From Tubulanus polymorphus (lineage: Eukaryota; Animalia; Nemertea): a stretch of DNA of 64,000 nt. The position numbers and the translations under genes were made by a program. Of the stretch, positions 15,601 through 28,485 are shown piece after piece; position 1 is the first letter of the stretch, and every line of letters begins with the position of its first letter. The stretch lies in assembly GCF_964204645.1 (NCBI RefSeq), contig NC_134031.1, positions 17,037,807 to 17,101,806 on the forward strand. Reading direction: 5' to 3'. Below the pieces are notes generated by a model. It ran no database searches, was not told where the DNA came from, and worked only from the letters and a program-made list of their open reading frames with translations.

Positions 15601-18096
15601 ATATTTATCTATATTTATAAATATATATATATTTCCTTGATATATCAAGTATACATGTAGACTTTCTTTTGTAAAACGGCAAGAAGCAAATTCTAAGCGC
15701 AACAGAATTTCGTCGGAAAAGTATGTAATCGCGCCTGGCTATAAACGGTCTTCACAGGGCCGGCGCTTCTCGGGTTTCGCATGCGACGTTTTTCATTTAG
15801 TTGACACAATATTGACATATCCTTCACCGGATCTGAGGTTGATTAAATTGAGCATCGGGTTCACTTACATTAAACTCAATCCGCGTCACCTGAAACGTAG
15901 ATTTTCTAAATTGTGTTAAGGGCGAGTCGAGCTCCCAGCGCTCAGGAATCTATTCAAGTTCGTTCGACACATTTTAGACTTTCAGTTGATTTCTGAAATC
16001 GAATTTTTTAGTTTATTTTCATTCAAGTATTAAGAAATTCGAACTTTTCATATATGAAACCGACCCAGATTTCTAATTTGATTCATCTGATTGACACTAT
16101 CAGAGAAAAGGGGCAGCATAAGTGTGCGGAGAAACCAACATAAATAATAGATAATCTAATTGTTATCTTTCTTATCAACAATTGATGATTTGTTTGTCTT
16201 CGAAAATGTTTGTCTTTATTTTTGCTCTCGGATATGGGCCATTCATGAAGGTCGTGTTGATAAAATATCGCGTATTCACAATCGCATTGTTCTAAGAACG
16301 AAATCGATGACGATATGGAACCGGGTTATTCATAATCCGAGCCAACACACTTGTCAAAAACTTTCTTATGATTCGTGGTGCCCGCGTGATTAATCTTCTC
16401 CTATCTACTACTCGTCGAGAACGCCGGAATCGAAATCTCCTGTACGAAAAGCGGGCGACGCGAACTTGATTAACGACGCACGAAAATCATTTTGACGATT
16501 ATTAAACGTTTGCTGGAATCGATTGCGAACAGTTGTAAGAGTTGTCACCGAGAACGAGACGATTCAACGTTAGATGAAGTGTTAGTTCGGTGCAGTGCGG
16601 AAATCCGATTCAAGAGTCACTTAGTTCTTCGCATTAAACTGTCAGAATTACACCAATGATCTATCGACTCTTCATCGATTTCATGTTCATAGTTTTAGAA
16701 AACGCGCTCTTGAATTATCTCTTGAAATGAAAACAAAGATGACGGGGAAAATATTGACTATATGATATACGCAATAAGAACTATATCATTCGATGCGGGT
16801 TTTATTCATTTCTAGTTTGGTCCTAGGAATTGTAAAACCTTTTAACATAAGGCAAGAATCGTTGTATAGCTGAGAAATTAGCGAAAGTATGTTATGGAGA
16901 TTTCTATTCAATGTTGAAACCGCCACTTTCAATTGAATTGTACTAGTGATGTAAGAATTACCATCCACTTTATTCATCTAACCTGATTTGAAAAAAAAAT
17001 GTCCAACTCGAGGTCTGTAGTCACGTTCGTGATATCATCCCGGCTGCTTGCTTAGTGGGAGAACGGATTAATTTCAACGATGGCGGTCGATTTGAACTAT
17101 AATATCTTACTCGTTTAGCCCTGGGAACCGGAAGCCACAAAACCGATCATCGTTTGCGTGTTTTAAAGCAGGAAGCGTGTATACACTCGAGGGGCTGATT
17201 CTTCTGTCTGTTCCAGACGGATATTAAACAGTTCTATTTGCCGACTTCCCTCGACAAAATGGGCCGCACTTAGTTACTAAGTATAATCTCTATATGAAAG
17301 AAATGGATTCGGGGATCAGTTGCAATTGACGGTAATCCGGTCTTGAACGAATGGCTTAATTCATTGAAAAATCTCATGTCAGTATTGATGTATAATTTCA
17401 GAAAATAAAAGGTGTCTGAAGTACATAGAATTGCCTCGACATTACGTTAGAATTGATTATAATTGACTATTTTTCGAAATTTGAAATGTTCGTCTGCGGG
17501 TGTTTGATGTACATGCGTCAGGAATGCACATTTTTGTATTTCGCTTTGTTACTCCTCGGGGGTTATACCGGAGTAGCCTTCCTGGTCGATCACGTCGAGC
17601 CCTGTGGACTTAAAAACAAACGCGTACTTAATGAAGCATCAACGGTTTTCCACGCCGTAAATAGGGCTATAGCCGCGGTGATCAACGAGTCTATTTGTCT
17701 GATCGATTGATGATTGCAACCCATAAATATGTACATTAGATTTTGTGAGAGGTATAGGGGCATCGCAGGCTACCGGTGTCGACCAGTTTCTTTCGAGAGT
17801 AATTTGGTTACTACTAAATACGTTTCGTTCCGTATCGGGCTCTAATGGCGATCGGCGACTGTAATACGGCGAAAATATTCGAGACGAATATTCCCCCTAA
17901 TGATAACTTAGTAACGTAGTTTTTCACTTGTATATTTTTCAGATTGGCTGAACTGGGGATGTGCTCAACGATGGCCTATGTGACGTACAGCTTAGGTCGT
18001 TACAGACACAGAGCTTCCGAGCGAAAACGCAGGAAGAACGCTGCCGCCACGGTTATCAAAAACAAAACCGCTGAATGTCACGAAACGCGCGAATAG
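606..18096 (+). CDS. PRRT3/PRRT4-like seven-transmembrane protein; coding exons 606-2470 and 17943-18096
   Basis: The ORF has a [12 protein letters not shown] first TM, five TMs, a long Ser/acidic loop, then TM6 and [12 protein letters not shown] ending at donor CG|GTAAGT (2470). The acceptor ttttcAG|A at 17943 continues in frame as [16 protein letters not shown]...TRE*, completing TM7. The start ATG (606 or 642) is uncertain. Confidence 0.8.
3064..3372. repeat. Tandem repeat, ~3 copies of ~105-120 bp
   Basis: Recurring gaggtcagac/atat...gcatttcatattttctcgggtatattcgccaaa...gctcttgatcgtctagag. Confidence 0.85.
7076..7274 (-). mobile_element. Penelope-like (PLE) inverted pLTR remnant with minimal hammerhead motif
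   Basis: ~65-bp inverted arms. The minus strand reads ttc-CTGAAGA-tg-actat-caggtt-atagt-c-GAAAC-GTC-gaa, followed by AATAAA. Confidence 0.7.
10755..12904 (-). CDS. GLUL: Glutamine synthetase (GS type II), 366 aa; exons 12904-12730, 12274-12113, 12000-11854, 11744-11617, 11325-11126, 11043-10755
   Basis: Motifs [63 protein letters not shown] and [15 protein letters not shown]. All introns are GT-AG and the exons sum to 1101 nt. Confidence 0.97.
14235..14283. repeat. Three ~17-bp direct repeats (aagtgccyyccggaatc)
   Basis: Seen directly. Resembles DNA-transposon subterminal repeats. Confidence 0.6.
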
Positions 18097-19867
18097 ATAC
18101 AAACAATTTTTAGCTAAAAACAAATGTCAGACCATAAATTCGAATTTAGGTAATAGTAAAACTAGATTCGAAATGCAATGGAAAAAAACTGTTGTTGGAC
18201 TTTGTCCTCGTATTCGAAATACGTGTCTTTATCTCAATATCGAGTTGAACTTCGAGTGGTGTTTTTTTTTTTGTAAAGATTTGTTTCGGAAAAGTTTCAT
18301 ATCGATTTCATCGTGGAATAAACAAATTATTCTTAGCGAATTTAGGGTGTATATTTTTGTTGGATTTAAGTTTTGTTTTCACGGTCTCTCGTGTCGATCG
18401 GTTTGCGTTCGGGGAGTTAATGCTGTTGAAATTGAGTTCAAAACTGCGTAATCCTCGTCGAAATGAATCCCGGTGTTCACATCATGACGTGTTTTTCAAA
18501 TCAGTTTCAGTATAAGCCTATTCTAAGTGAGAAAATAGTTGAACGTTCAGACTGTATTGGCGGTTCAGTCTATCGAATACGACGAATAGCAGGCATTTTA
18601 AGGCAGAAATGATCGAGTGTAGCCCACAATAGCTTTTGTTTTAAACGATAGATAATGTTATATAAACACATAATAATCATTCTTGAGGAATTTTAGCTGT
18701 AATGACTGATGGGATGCTGAAATGTAAACGATTGAAAAGTGTAAATTTGAAGGAATTTTCACATCGCGTATTTCATCTGACACCCATGTAGATGGCGCTG
18801 ATGATGACATGATAGGGGCTTCACGTTGAATTCAAGGTTTCTACAAGATACACTTTTTAATCAACTTTTTACAGGATGAGTAGTTGGTTGACTATGGGTG
18901 TGGGATGAACGACACACCATTGATTATCGTCCGTATCATCGCGTTATTATTCTCCGTATCAAATCGGCAAAATATAGATTTTCCCAGGGGATGTTCTCGC
19001 CACATTCGGTTCGGGATGACATTAGTGCATTAGCAAAAGATAATAAGTGGGTTTCCATCCTCTCGCCGATAACTGTTGGAAGCCGCGACAGAACCGTGAA
19101 CCCGAGTTCACGGTAACACAAGTTGACGCGAAAAAAAAACAGGTTTCGGTGTCTTCGATTTAGCGATAGAAAGAGTTTGGAAAAATATTCATATTCACAA
19201 TGCAAGTTGATACATAAGTGTTATTTCGACTCGAAGATTCGCGGTCAACGTATATCATGAAATACGAAAATAGCATTTAGACCTACAACTAACCAATAGT
19301 TAATGGCTATTCAATATGAAACAGATTTTTCTAATGGCGTGATTACGTAAATACTTTACAGGCCTATATCCGCGTATACCGCTTCATGTATACTCTCCAT
19401 ATATGAGGGATCGTTGAACTGTTACAAAAAGCATAACAAGAAATAGAAATAGAACGTGATCGCCAACACCGAATCCTTCGATGCCTAAAAAATTCCCCGG
19501 TGTTCATAGATTTATTCTATAAGTCCCGAGTAGTTTCATTGGTTGAGGCAATAAATAATCTTGATTGCAGGCGACGACGAAGATGGAACAAAAAATGTCA
19601 TTATTCGCAAACACGTCGGAAATTGTTTGAAAAAAATGTGCATTTTATGGCTGGAATAACCGTCATGTCATCGCATAAACAAGCTTCCCAATCACCATTT
19701 ATCGCCAACTATGTGATTACTGAGGTCATTGCAAAAACAAAGCAACTACAACGCAATTATACTACTGGACCTATACCAATTACTGACATGATCTATTGTG
19801 TATACATTCATATAAGAGGAACAATAGAATATACGCATTGCACATATGAACAAACTGTCTGGAGACA

Positions 19868-22800
19868 ATGGCGAGCTGTCAAATAGCGCTTATCTGTCTT
19901 ATCTTGGGTAACGAATATTTTATTCCATTTCGACAATTTTTGTAGATATGATTTATTTGTCACATTTATTCGTAGTTTATATTTACTTAACATAGGCAAT
20001 TATTGTATGAAAAGTCTATAGTTTATTCATGGACAATCGAATATCAAGATTTATCATTTGCACTTCAATGATTATGTCAGTCGAATTCTTTCGATCGTGA
20101 AAATAACGATTTCAATATTCTGAAAAACAAATCCGATGATATTTAGATGAAATTTGATAATATATCTGCATTCCATCTAGTATTCTCACGCTGCAGGTTT
20201 GAGTAGCATCGATGCACTGTTTACATGTGGGTCCCAGACGGTCGTCGCGGTGCCCATATCGAAAAGTTTCGTATTAGAAATTGGGCCCGCTGATTACAAA
20301 CCGAATATGACCTGTCGCTGGATTATCAGACCATCAAATCCGAACCAAGTAAGACGAAGTGGAATTTCATTCCGAAGTTTTTGACAAAACTAGTCGCACG
20401 TGCTTTTTAATCATCAGTGAATCTGTTAACATTATTTTGCGTCGTTCTTATATTTAGCTGCTACAATACGACATATCGCTGTTCAATGTGAAATACTCGT
20501 ATAGATGTCGAAGGGATTTTGTTCTGATACGCAAGGACTACGAGGGCTACGTGCAGAAAATGTGCGGCGATACGCGACGTCTGCCGTTCGAAGGAAACGA
20601 CCGTTCAAAAAATGGCCGCGAATTCACAGTCGAATTCAAGACGCATCCCACTAAAGTTGACACCGATAAAAATCGCGGAGTTAAAGTAGTATTTAAGGCA
20701 ATGGGTAAATAATAACTGATATTCCAGTAAATCTTACACGTACATTGTTGAAAATGATGTAATAATGTAGGAGCGCCTCGTACAAGTAGGACAGATAGTA
20801 ATTAGATCGAAAGTCTTTTGGTACTATGAATCGCTGATATGAAAATTCCCGTAATATAGTTAGTGAGAGAAACGACGTAAGATCCCACAATTGAAAATGT
20901 TGATAAAAGAAAAGTTGAATAAAGAAATTCAGGAATTCTTCAGTTTGAAATGCATTCTAATGATACAGACTTTTCAGACTGGGGCAGGGAAGTGGTAACC
21001 AACCTAAAATATTACTAATTTTTATGAACTTTTTGTCAATTTACAATTCGTGGAATTTTACGTTCCTATCGTTCGGAGTTTTATCTATTCCATTGTAATG
21101 TAAGTGATGCGTTCAACATTGAATTTTAGTCGAACGCAATTATCAGTCTCCATACAGCTGGCCATTGAAACCAATACAGGTGGAGACGGAATACCTGTTG
21201 GAAATTAAGAAATACTCCTCGGTTCCGACAACTGCTCAGTGGGTATTCAAAGCGAATAACCCCAAAAATGTACGTACCGTTTTCTGATTCTACATTCAAC
21301 TTCGGTTTCTGTTAACACTATATGTTTGGTACGATCTTTGAAATACTTACATTCAGAAACTTAAGTTCAAAGTTGAGAAACTCGATATACGATGCGGCGA
21401 AGACTACATCGCGATTACGAACGACACCGATCTTCATTGGAACAAACGACCAAAATATTGCGGTAATCTCGAGAAAGATGGCGCCCTACGAGACGCGCTG
21501 ACTAACAAGCCGCCGTCGTACGAATGGCTGTTGGAAAGAAAAATCGAATCGTTTCCAGTGGTAAAGTTCAGCGTACAATTTACAGTAATTGGTAAGTTCT
21601 AGATAACTGAACGAATATCAGATTAATAAGAAAACTAACTTAAACGTTGTAGTACGATAACCACACTCAAACGTGGTGAACGGATAATAAGATAAAAACC
21701 CACTATCTACAGATTAAAAGAATTTAAAATCAAGAATTTATTTATTCGAACAATCTAAAATATATAATAAACACGACGTTTCGATCTCACCCTAGAGATC
21801 ATCGTAAGGTGTGACACCTTTTAATTCTTTTAATCTGTAGATAGTGGGTTTTTATCTTATTAACTTAAACGTTAATTATGCCTTGCAAAATAGCTCGATT
21901 ATTACGTAATGCGCATCCACTTCAAACTTCATTATTAATAAGACATTTAAATAGAAAATATGAGTCAATGAAATTAATTTAGTTACAAAATAAACACTAA
22001 TATTCACAATTGTCATTTTTAATTTGAGAATACATCTTCGTTTGCCAGGGTTTGATTGCCTCCCAACGAACCTCAAGCCACTCAAACATGATTCAGCAAT
22101 CAAACCCTGGCAGACGAGGATGCCTCAATGATATTGATAATGTATTACACATTGTCTAACACAGTTCTCATTTAAGTTATCAAGTTATGCATTCAGTTAT
22201 TAAGTTATGCATTAAAAACTTTCATCACGATTTTACGGCGTCAACGAATCAAAATCTTAGATTTCTAAAATCCCATTTTTTAAAAGGTTCAGCGCCGACG
22301 TTACATTCGACCTGCCAAAAAGAGCCACTTGTCATATTTGTTGATGACGTTTATACGTTGAGAATGCCTCGCAAAGTTATACAGGAGACGACACACGAAT
22401 ATCGATTCACTTGTCGTTGGATCATACGACCAAAGAACCCAGCGAAGGTATGATTTTATATATATTTCCTAACAAAAGAATAAAGCATTCTGGTGTCGTC
22501 AGTATTTGGAAAAAACTGACGTTTCTTCAACATGAATGAACCGTGGACGTTCACGCACTCCGAAGACTTACTTCTGATTTCCTACTTCAAAAATCTAATA
22601 TTTCCTTTATATAACTCTTCGATAAATCAAAATTTTATTTGCTTTCTACCTTAGAAACTGAATTACGTCATTGAAAGTCTTGACACGCCGTACAGAGCAG
22701 ACCTGATTTCCAACGATTTTTGGTTCGAACACGTGAGTATCTACCCGGACTATTTCACCAAAAGAAGACCAAAGATTGCTGGATCCCTCAACGGCGTAAA

Positions 22801-22945
22801 AGGATACTTAGACGGCACAGACGCCGATCTTCGATCTACAACCCCCGCTGACCAATGGAACGTCAATTACCAATACGCCGGCTATTATTTCAACAAAGGC
22901 GTTTATAAAGAATTGAAAATCAAATTCACTTCATTCACTGGCTAG
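19868..22945 (+). CDS. Secreted triple CUB-like domain protein, paralogue 1 (421 aa); exons 19868-19907, 20197-20348, 20458-20704, 21130-21269, 21357-21591, 22287-22447, 22655-22945
   Basis: Signal peptide MASCQIALICLILGLSSIDA. CUB-like motifs YKPNMTCRWIIRP, C..DFV..KMCG, C.EDYI..KYCG and FTVEFKT. Intron phases 1-0-1-0-1-0; exons sum to 1266 nt. Confidence 0.85.
21649..21860 (-). mobile_element. Penelope-like inverted pLTR remnant with degenerate hammerhead, flanked by a 13-bp direct repeat
   Basis: Inverted arms at 21685-~21730 and ~21820-21862. The minus strand reads acac-CTTACGA-tg-atctc-tagggt-gagat-c-GAAAC-GTC-gtgt. taacttaaacgtt occurs at 21636-21648 and 21861-21873. Confidence 0.7.
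22033..22122. mobile_element. Short hairpin/MITE-like element, 27-bp inverted repeats
   Basis: catcttcgtttgccagggtttgattgc ... gcaatcaaaccctggcagacgaggatg. Confidence 0.65.
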
Positions 22946-24320
22946 GATATAGGCCACAAGAACCAAATAACGACGAATGGTGTATTGGAAATGGTCGATT
23001 GTTTTTCATGACTTCACAGTATAAAAACAGATTATTAATCAATGTTTCATCTAAGTTTATATCATAGCATCCTGTTTTATCGTATTAATCTCCAACTGTT
23101 TGATAAACCTAATGATACTATAAAAGCTGCTCTTGTTTTCTTAATGGAATTTTCCAAATGTTTACATAAACAATTTCTAGTCGTTATGCAAAAGATTCAA
23201 GCAACGAATAGGAGCATACATGAACCTACGAGCAATCATCCCAAGTTGAGATGATTGCGTGAACAAATCATAAGCAATCGGTCGTTCACAGAAGAGTATA
23301 TGGACCAGTTACTGTATTCTCAGGTCAACCCGCTGCTGTGTATACAATTTGCGTTGCGAATGAATTTTCGAAATGACAATGATGATAGTTTTAGAACAGA
23401 CACCGCAACTCAAATACGTGTGCACGCCAAAGACTGATCGATCGTATTGGCAGCTAGAAGATTGCCGATATGTTATGCCACGTTTTTATATCACTTAACA
23501 TAAAACAAAAAATGTTAAGCACATGAACTCACACCTTAGAAAAATATTTTCGACACAACTAATAGCCTCACGAGACAAAAACAACTTCACACCAGGTGCG
23601 GATCCATGGGTGCCCTGGTAGCCGCGATACTCGACTATCTGGTAAAAATGCGGGAGTCACAATGAATATCATGTTCATACGTACTAGGCAGTAGCTGGAA
23701 ATATACGCAAACAAAAATGAAATATTATCTTCCATCTTCTTTTGTTTCCTAATTTATTCTTTAATGGTGTCACAATTCGAAAACCTTTAGTAGAGAGTGG
23801 ATTTTTCTTAGAGAGCCGCATGTAGAGCACCAATGGAGCCGAAACAAATCGCCGTGTACAATAAGAAAACTGGTATTAATTATTGAAAAACAAATAGTTC
23901 AAAAATGATAAAACCGCTATATTTACATGATTCCTTATATCGGGTCCAAGCCAAATCTCACCCTTGTGTCGGTAGTGCGTTGTTTTTCGAATAATTGGGA
24001 TTTCGATAGGGCTAATCGAAAAATTCTAGCTTCGAGTATGATTTCAAAGCAAATGTAGATGGATCTTTTGTCGGCTCGCATGGAATTTGTTCAAAAACAA
24101 GTGGCCACAGTGTTTACACAGATCACGATTCATTCGCAAATTTAAGTTTGCAAATCGCGCGCCTGTATAAACGGACCTAACCAGCTACTATTTATCATCA
24201 TAAAACCACAACGCTTGAATAGGCAGTAATTTTACACTCGAATCAAAGGTCATTTTCAGCGCGGATTGCGTTGGAGATAAGATAGTTACACGGCGTATCG
24301 TCCTGCAAACCGGTCTGAAG

Positions 24321-27078
24321 ATGATGAACTGTCACATAGCGCTTCTCGTTCTCATCTTTGGTAAGTAAATTGAAATTTCAGATGTGATGATACTTTGATC
24401 GTATCTTGCGATTGGAAAATCTGTAATATCGTTTGTGGCAGGTTCAAGAATTATAGTGGAATCTTCAAAATTCCTTTTCAAATTTGTGCATATTCAATCG
24501 CCATCAAAATAAAGGTTTCATGCAAGCACCTGCGAAATGAAATTAATCTTTCTTAATGTGTTTTTTTAACGGTTTCAGGTTTAAACACCATCGATGCGTG
24601 TGATCCTATGAAGGTTGTTGAGGTTCCCTCGTCAGGGAAATTTGTACTAGAATTAGGCCCCTCTGACTTTGTGAAGAATGCGTCCTGTCACTGGGTTATC
24701 AGACCCGAAAATATAAATCAAGTAAGGGATCAATTTTATTTTTTGTACATTTGAACAAAACATGAAAGAATCAGAAACTGAACGTGTGATTATTATCAAT
24801 GGTGCATGTACTTTCTGTCCGTCGTTTGCTGTCATCCGTCAGTCAACATTTTATTCCTGTACTTCATTCTGCAGCCTCAATGTATTGATTTAATCTATTT
24901 TTTCTGGGCATATGAAATCATAACCAGAAGATGACTAACTTTGGCTGGGACATTTGATGCGCCTACCATCTGAAACGCCAGCGTGTAAAGCACTACAGGA
25001 GTCTTTGCGACCAACAGAACGGTCGCGAGGACGACCCCGAAAAAAAACCTGGTTATGTGATCTTTCTGTGATTGGTATTATAACCCCAACATAGGACACG
25101 TGATATTGAAATCCTAGAACAAATTACTACAGATCGTGAGTAGTACAACCCCTTGGCACAGCGGCGCTTGTTGGTGTAAAGGCCCGGACACACTGGGCGA
25201 TTTCGTCGCCCGACGAAATCGCCTGTAAAATCGCCCAGTGTGTCCGGGTATGTCGGCGATCAAATCGGTCATAAAATCGCCGACGAAATTGCCCAGTGTG
25301 TCCGAGGCTTAACTGATGACGACGACGATGCTTATTTATCATACTGACGAACGGAAAGTTTTTGACCTATATGCAGCATTAACATAGCACGATTTCGACA
25401 AGTTTGACGGTTGCTCACTTACAATCTTAAATCGATTTGATTTATATTTTGGTTCTGGGTTCCAGACATAACAAAAGAGGATGCCCATTGGTTTTACGGG
25501 TGAATTGATTATTCCGATTCTCCTTGTTCTCCCGGTGATTCATTCCACATGAATTAATTTGATTTAATTAGTTTAATTGTTTTGCCATTTCAGATCATTC
25601 ATTATAGAATAATACAGTTCAATACACTGTTTCACAAGTGTACTACTTACGTTAAGATTGAGTCGGCTTCCTACGATCCATACGACTTATCCGATAAGAA
25701 AAAGTGCGGGGCTGGAACAGAAGAAGTTGGCTCAACACGAGGGAACTTCGATGAAAAACGTGACCGCGAGTTCACAGTCGAATTCGCAACTGACCCCGAA
25801 GTAAACGATACAGATGTACAAAAACGAATCGTGAAAGTGATCTTCAACTCAATAGGTAAATGAGTATGTTTCCATTTCCTATAAATGATCTTCTACTCAA
25901 TGGGTAGATGATTAAACAATCTAATTATAATTAAATCCCCAACGTTTAATATCGGCGAAAATCTGATATAATATTGCGAAATTATGATATTTCAGCGGAA
26001 GACAATTATGGCTGGCCAATTCGAGTAGACTCTGAATACAAGTTGATATTTGCAAAATACCCAACAATTCCGAGAGCTACTCAGTGGAAATTCAAAGCAA
26101 ACAACCCAAAAAATGTATGTGTTTCAACAGCTACTTTTTAGAATTGGAACATTTTCCTTTTTGTTTTCATTTTCATTCATTCAGACAATAAAGTTTTATG
26201 TTGAGAAAATCGGTAACATCAATTGCAATCATGATGATTACATCGGGATTGTCAACGACACCTCAAGCTGGCGTTGGGGATATTACGGACCGAAATATTG
26301 CGGCAATAAAGGCGATTTACGCGAGAAACTAAACAAGTTTCCACCATGGTATGAGTTGTCATTCTTTAGAGAGAAGGGATATGAGCTCAGCATACTGTTA
26401 ACTCTAGTTGGTGAGTTTTGTAACATCTAAGTAATTGACTATTTGAAAATGAATTACTCTTTATATTTCTAAAAGAGTCAATCGGAAACTTTCCGTTGAA
26501 AAAGGTTCAGCACCAGCGTCACATTCGGTCTGCAAAGAAGAGCCACTGATCATATTTGTTGATGATGTTTATACGTTGAGAATGCCTCGTAAAGTTATAG
26601 AAGAAACGACTTACAAAGATCGATTCACTTGTCGCTGGATAATTCGACCGAAGATTCCAGCAAAGGTATCCCATATGAGCAGAACAATGAAAGAAGAAAA
26701 GCATATTTTCATGTTCTGCTCTTATTGCAGAAGCTGTTTTTTTTTCAGAAATTGCATTATGAGATTGAAAGTCTTGATACACCGTACGGTAATACTCCAA
26801 TAGGTGTAAACTATTGGTTCGAACATATGAGTATCTACCCTGATTATTTCGCCAAGATACGACCAAGGATTGCCGGATCCCTCGACGACAAAATAAGCAT
26901 TTTAATCGGCAAGGACGAAATAACCAACTTAGACGGCACAGACGCTGATCTGGGATCAACATCTCCCGCTAAACAATGGAACGTCAATTACCAATACTTC
27001 CGCAATAGATTTAATGGTTTAAATAAAGCCGATTACAAGGAATTGAGAATCAGATTCACTTCTGTTTGCACTTGTTAG
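24321..27078 (+). CDS. Secreted triple CUB-like domain protein, paralogue 2 (426 aa); exons 24321-24360, 24579-24721, 25594-25855, 25996-26114, 26185-26410, 26505-26665, 26749-27078
   Basis: Signal peptide MMNCHIALLVLIFGLNTIDA. Same exon structure and motifs as paralogue 1; exons sum to 1281 nt. Confidence 0.85.
24920..25330 (+). mobile_element. 3' fragment of an RTE-type LINE
   Basis: Translates WLGHLMRLPSETPACKAL...RSRGRPRKKTWL, the typical post-RT C-terminus. It ends in a short (GAT/GAC)n tail at ~25314-25330. Confidence 0.7.
25180..25309. mobile_element. 130-bp PIF/Harbinger (Tourist)-type MITE nested in the LINE fragment
   Basis: ~29-bp TIRs aggcccggacacactgggcgatttcgtcg / cgacgaaattgcccagtgtgtccgaggct, with TAA on both sides. 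Confidence 0.8.
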
Positions 27079-27164
27079 GAATCAAACATCAATCATGTAA
27101 AAATATTACATCACTTAATTTTTTCACATCAAGCTTTATTGATGATATCTAAAACGTGCGTTGG

Positions 27165-27255
27165 GGTTATTTCCACCTAGAGCTCATCTTGTTTTACTTG
27201 CATTAACTTCTCCGACTGTCCACTATGTATTCATATCATGCAGTAACAGGAAATA
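27165..27255 (-). pseudogene. Orphan degenerate copy of the MRRF terminal exon
   Basis: ggttatttccacctagagctcatcttgttttacttgcattaacttctccgactgtccactatgtattcatatcatgcag aligns with 32078-32165 with substitutions and single-base deletions. Confidence 0.85.
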
Positions 27256-28409
27256 TATGCAAAACTAAATCAAGAATTATTTCTCGTCTTGTCTTTGTTT
27301 CTTAATATTCTTTATTGGATGAATTTTAACACTTTTAACACAAGAAAAAAACAAACGACTCGATTTCTGTACAAACAAAATCGGTACACAAACGCGCTAC
27401 AGCACGGACTTGGCTGAATTTATTTCAGACAGCTATGAGTAGAACAGCTTTTTCACAGGCACCATGGCTTTGGGTACCTACTGGGTCGGCATTGTCGAAT
27501 TTCTTTTCCCCGGTTTGCCCAATTGAATTTTTTCATTTCGTTCATGTCTCTGGATTGGATGAAGGTAGAAACGAAGTGAGACTATATCAATCTAACTGAC
27601 TTCTTCACGTCGTTTTTCATTTGAATAGCTGTACAACAACTTGCGCTGGTGATCATACAATCATCGATAAGCATCGGTCTCGTCTCGATTAAACATAAAT
27701 TATTGCCTGAAAAGCTTATGATTTGAACAGATTTTTAGTAAATCTTTGTAAATTTTAGAAACAATAGACATGTATGTCGTTTCGTTTGATGGAATTATAC
27801 ATCTAGATTACTTTTTTTGTAATAATGAGTCAAATTTCAATATCACTTTTTCTCATTTTTCATGCGCGCATCATAGTACCCTTCAAAAAGTCAGTGTAAA
27901 AAAATTCGGGTCAAGATTTAGAAATTTCGATATAATTTTCATTTGTTTTTTGAAAATGAAAAGTAATCCATCATAAAATGATATATATTCAAAAAGTGCC
28001 AAAAATTGAATTCCAAGTCATTTAACTGAGACGTCGTTGAAGTTGAGGTTATCGAAAAGACCATCCGTATTTAACATCTATCCTTTTTCAGTAGGAAAAT
28101 GCCCCTTTTCACGGAGAAAAATCGCCCTCATCACTGGAAAGCGCCTTTTTTCTTGAAATAGAACTGCCTCTCAAAAAGGCTCGGCACGAGGCTTAGCGAA
28201 AGTGCAGTTAATAAGTGTTTAATGAGTGTCTGTCAAGCAGTTAAGAGCGGGTGTCGATAGTCCGAACCCCTACGGCCTTCCCATTGAAGGTTAGGTCTAT
28301 CCTTGTTGTCAACACAGAGTGAGCTAAAGCCTGCAAATCTCACTCTTTCGGAAGTTGCATCGTTTTGGATGTTTTTGTTCTTACAGCTGAAGGAGAACAA
28401 TATCTGTTC

Positions 28410-28485
28410 ATCTACGAATGGTTGATGTTTTTTATTGAAACAACTGGCCAGTCGTTTCAATAAAAAACATCAACCATTCGTAGAT
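28410..28485. repeat. Near-perfect 76-bp palindrome
   Basis: atctacgaatggttgatgttttttattgaaac-aactgg|ccagtc-gtttcaataaaaaacatcaaccattcgtagat, with one mismatch. Confidence 0.9.
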
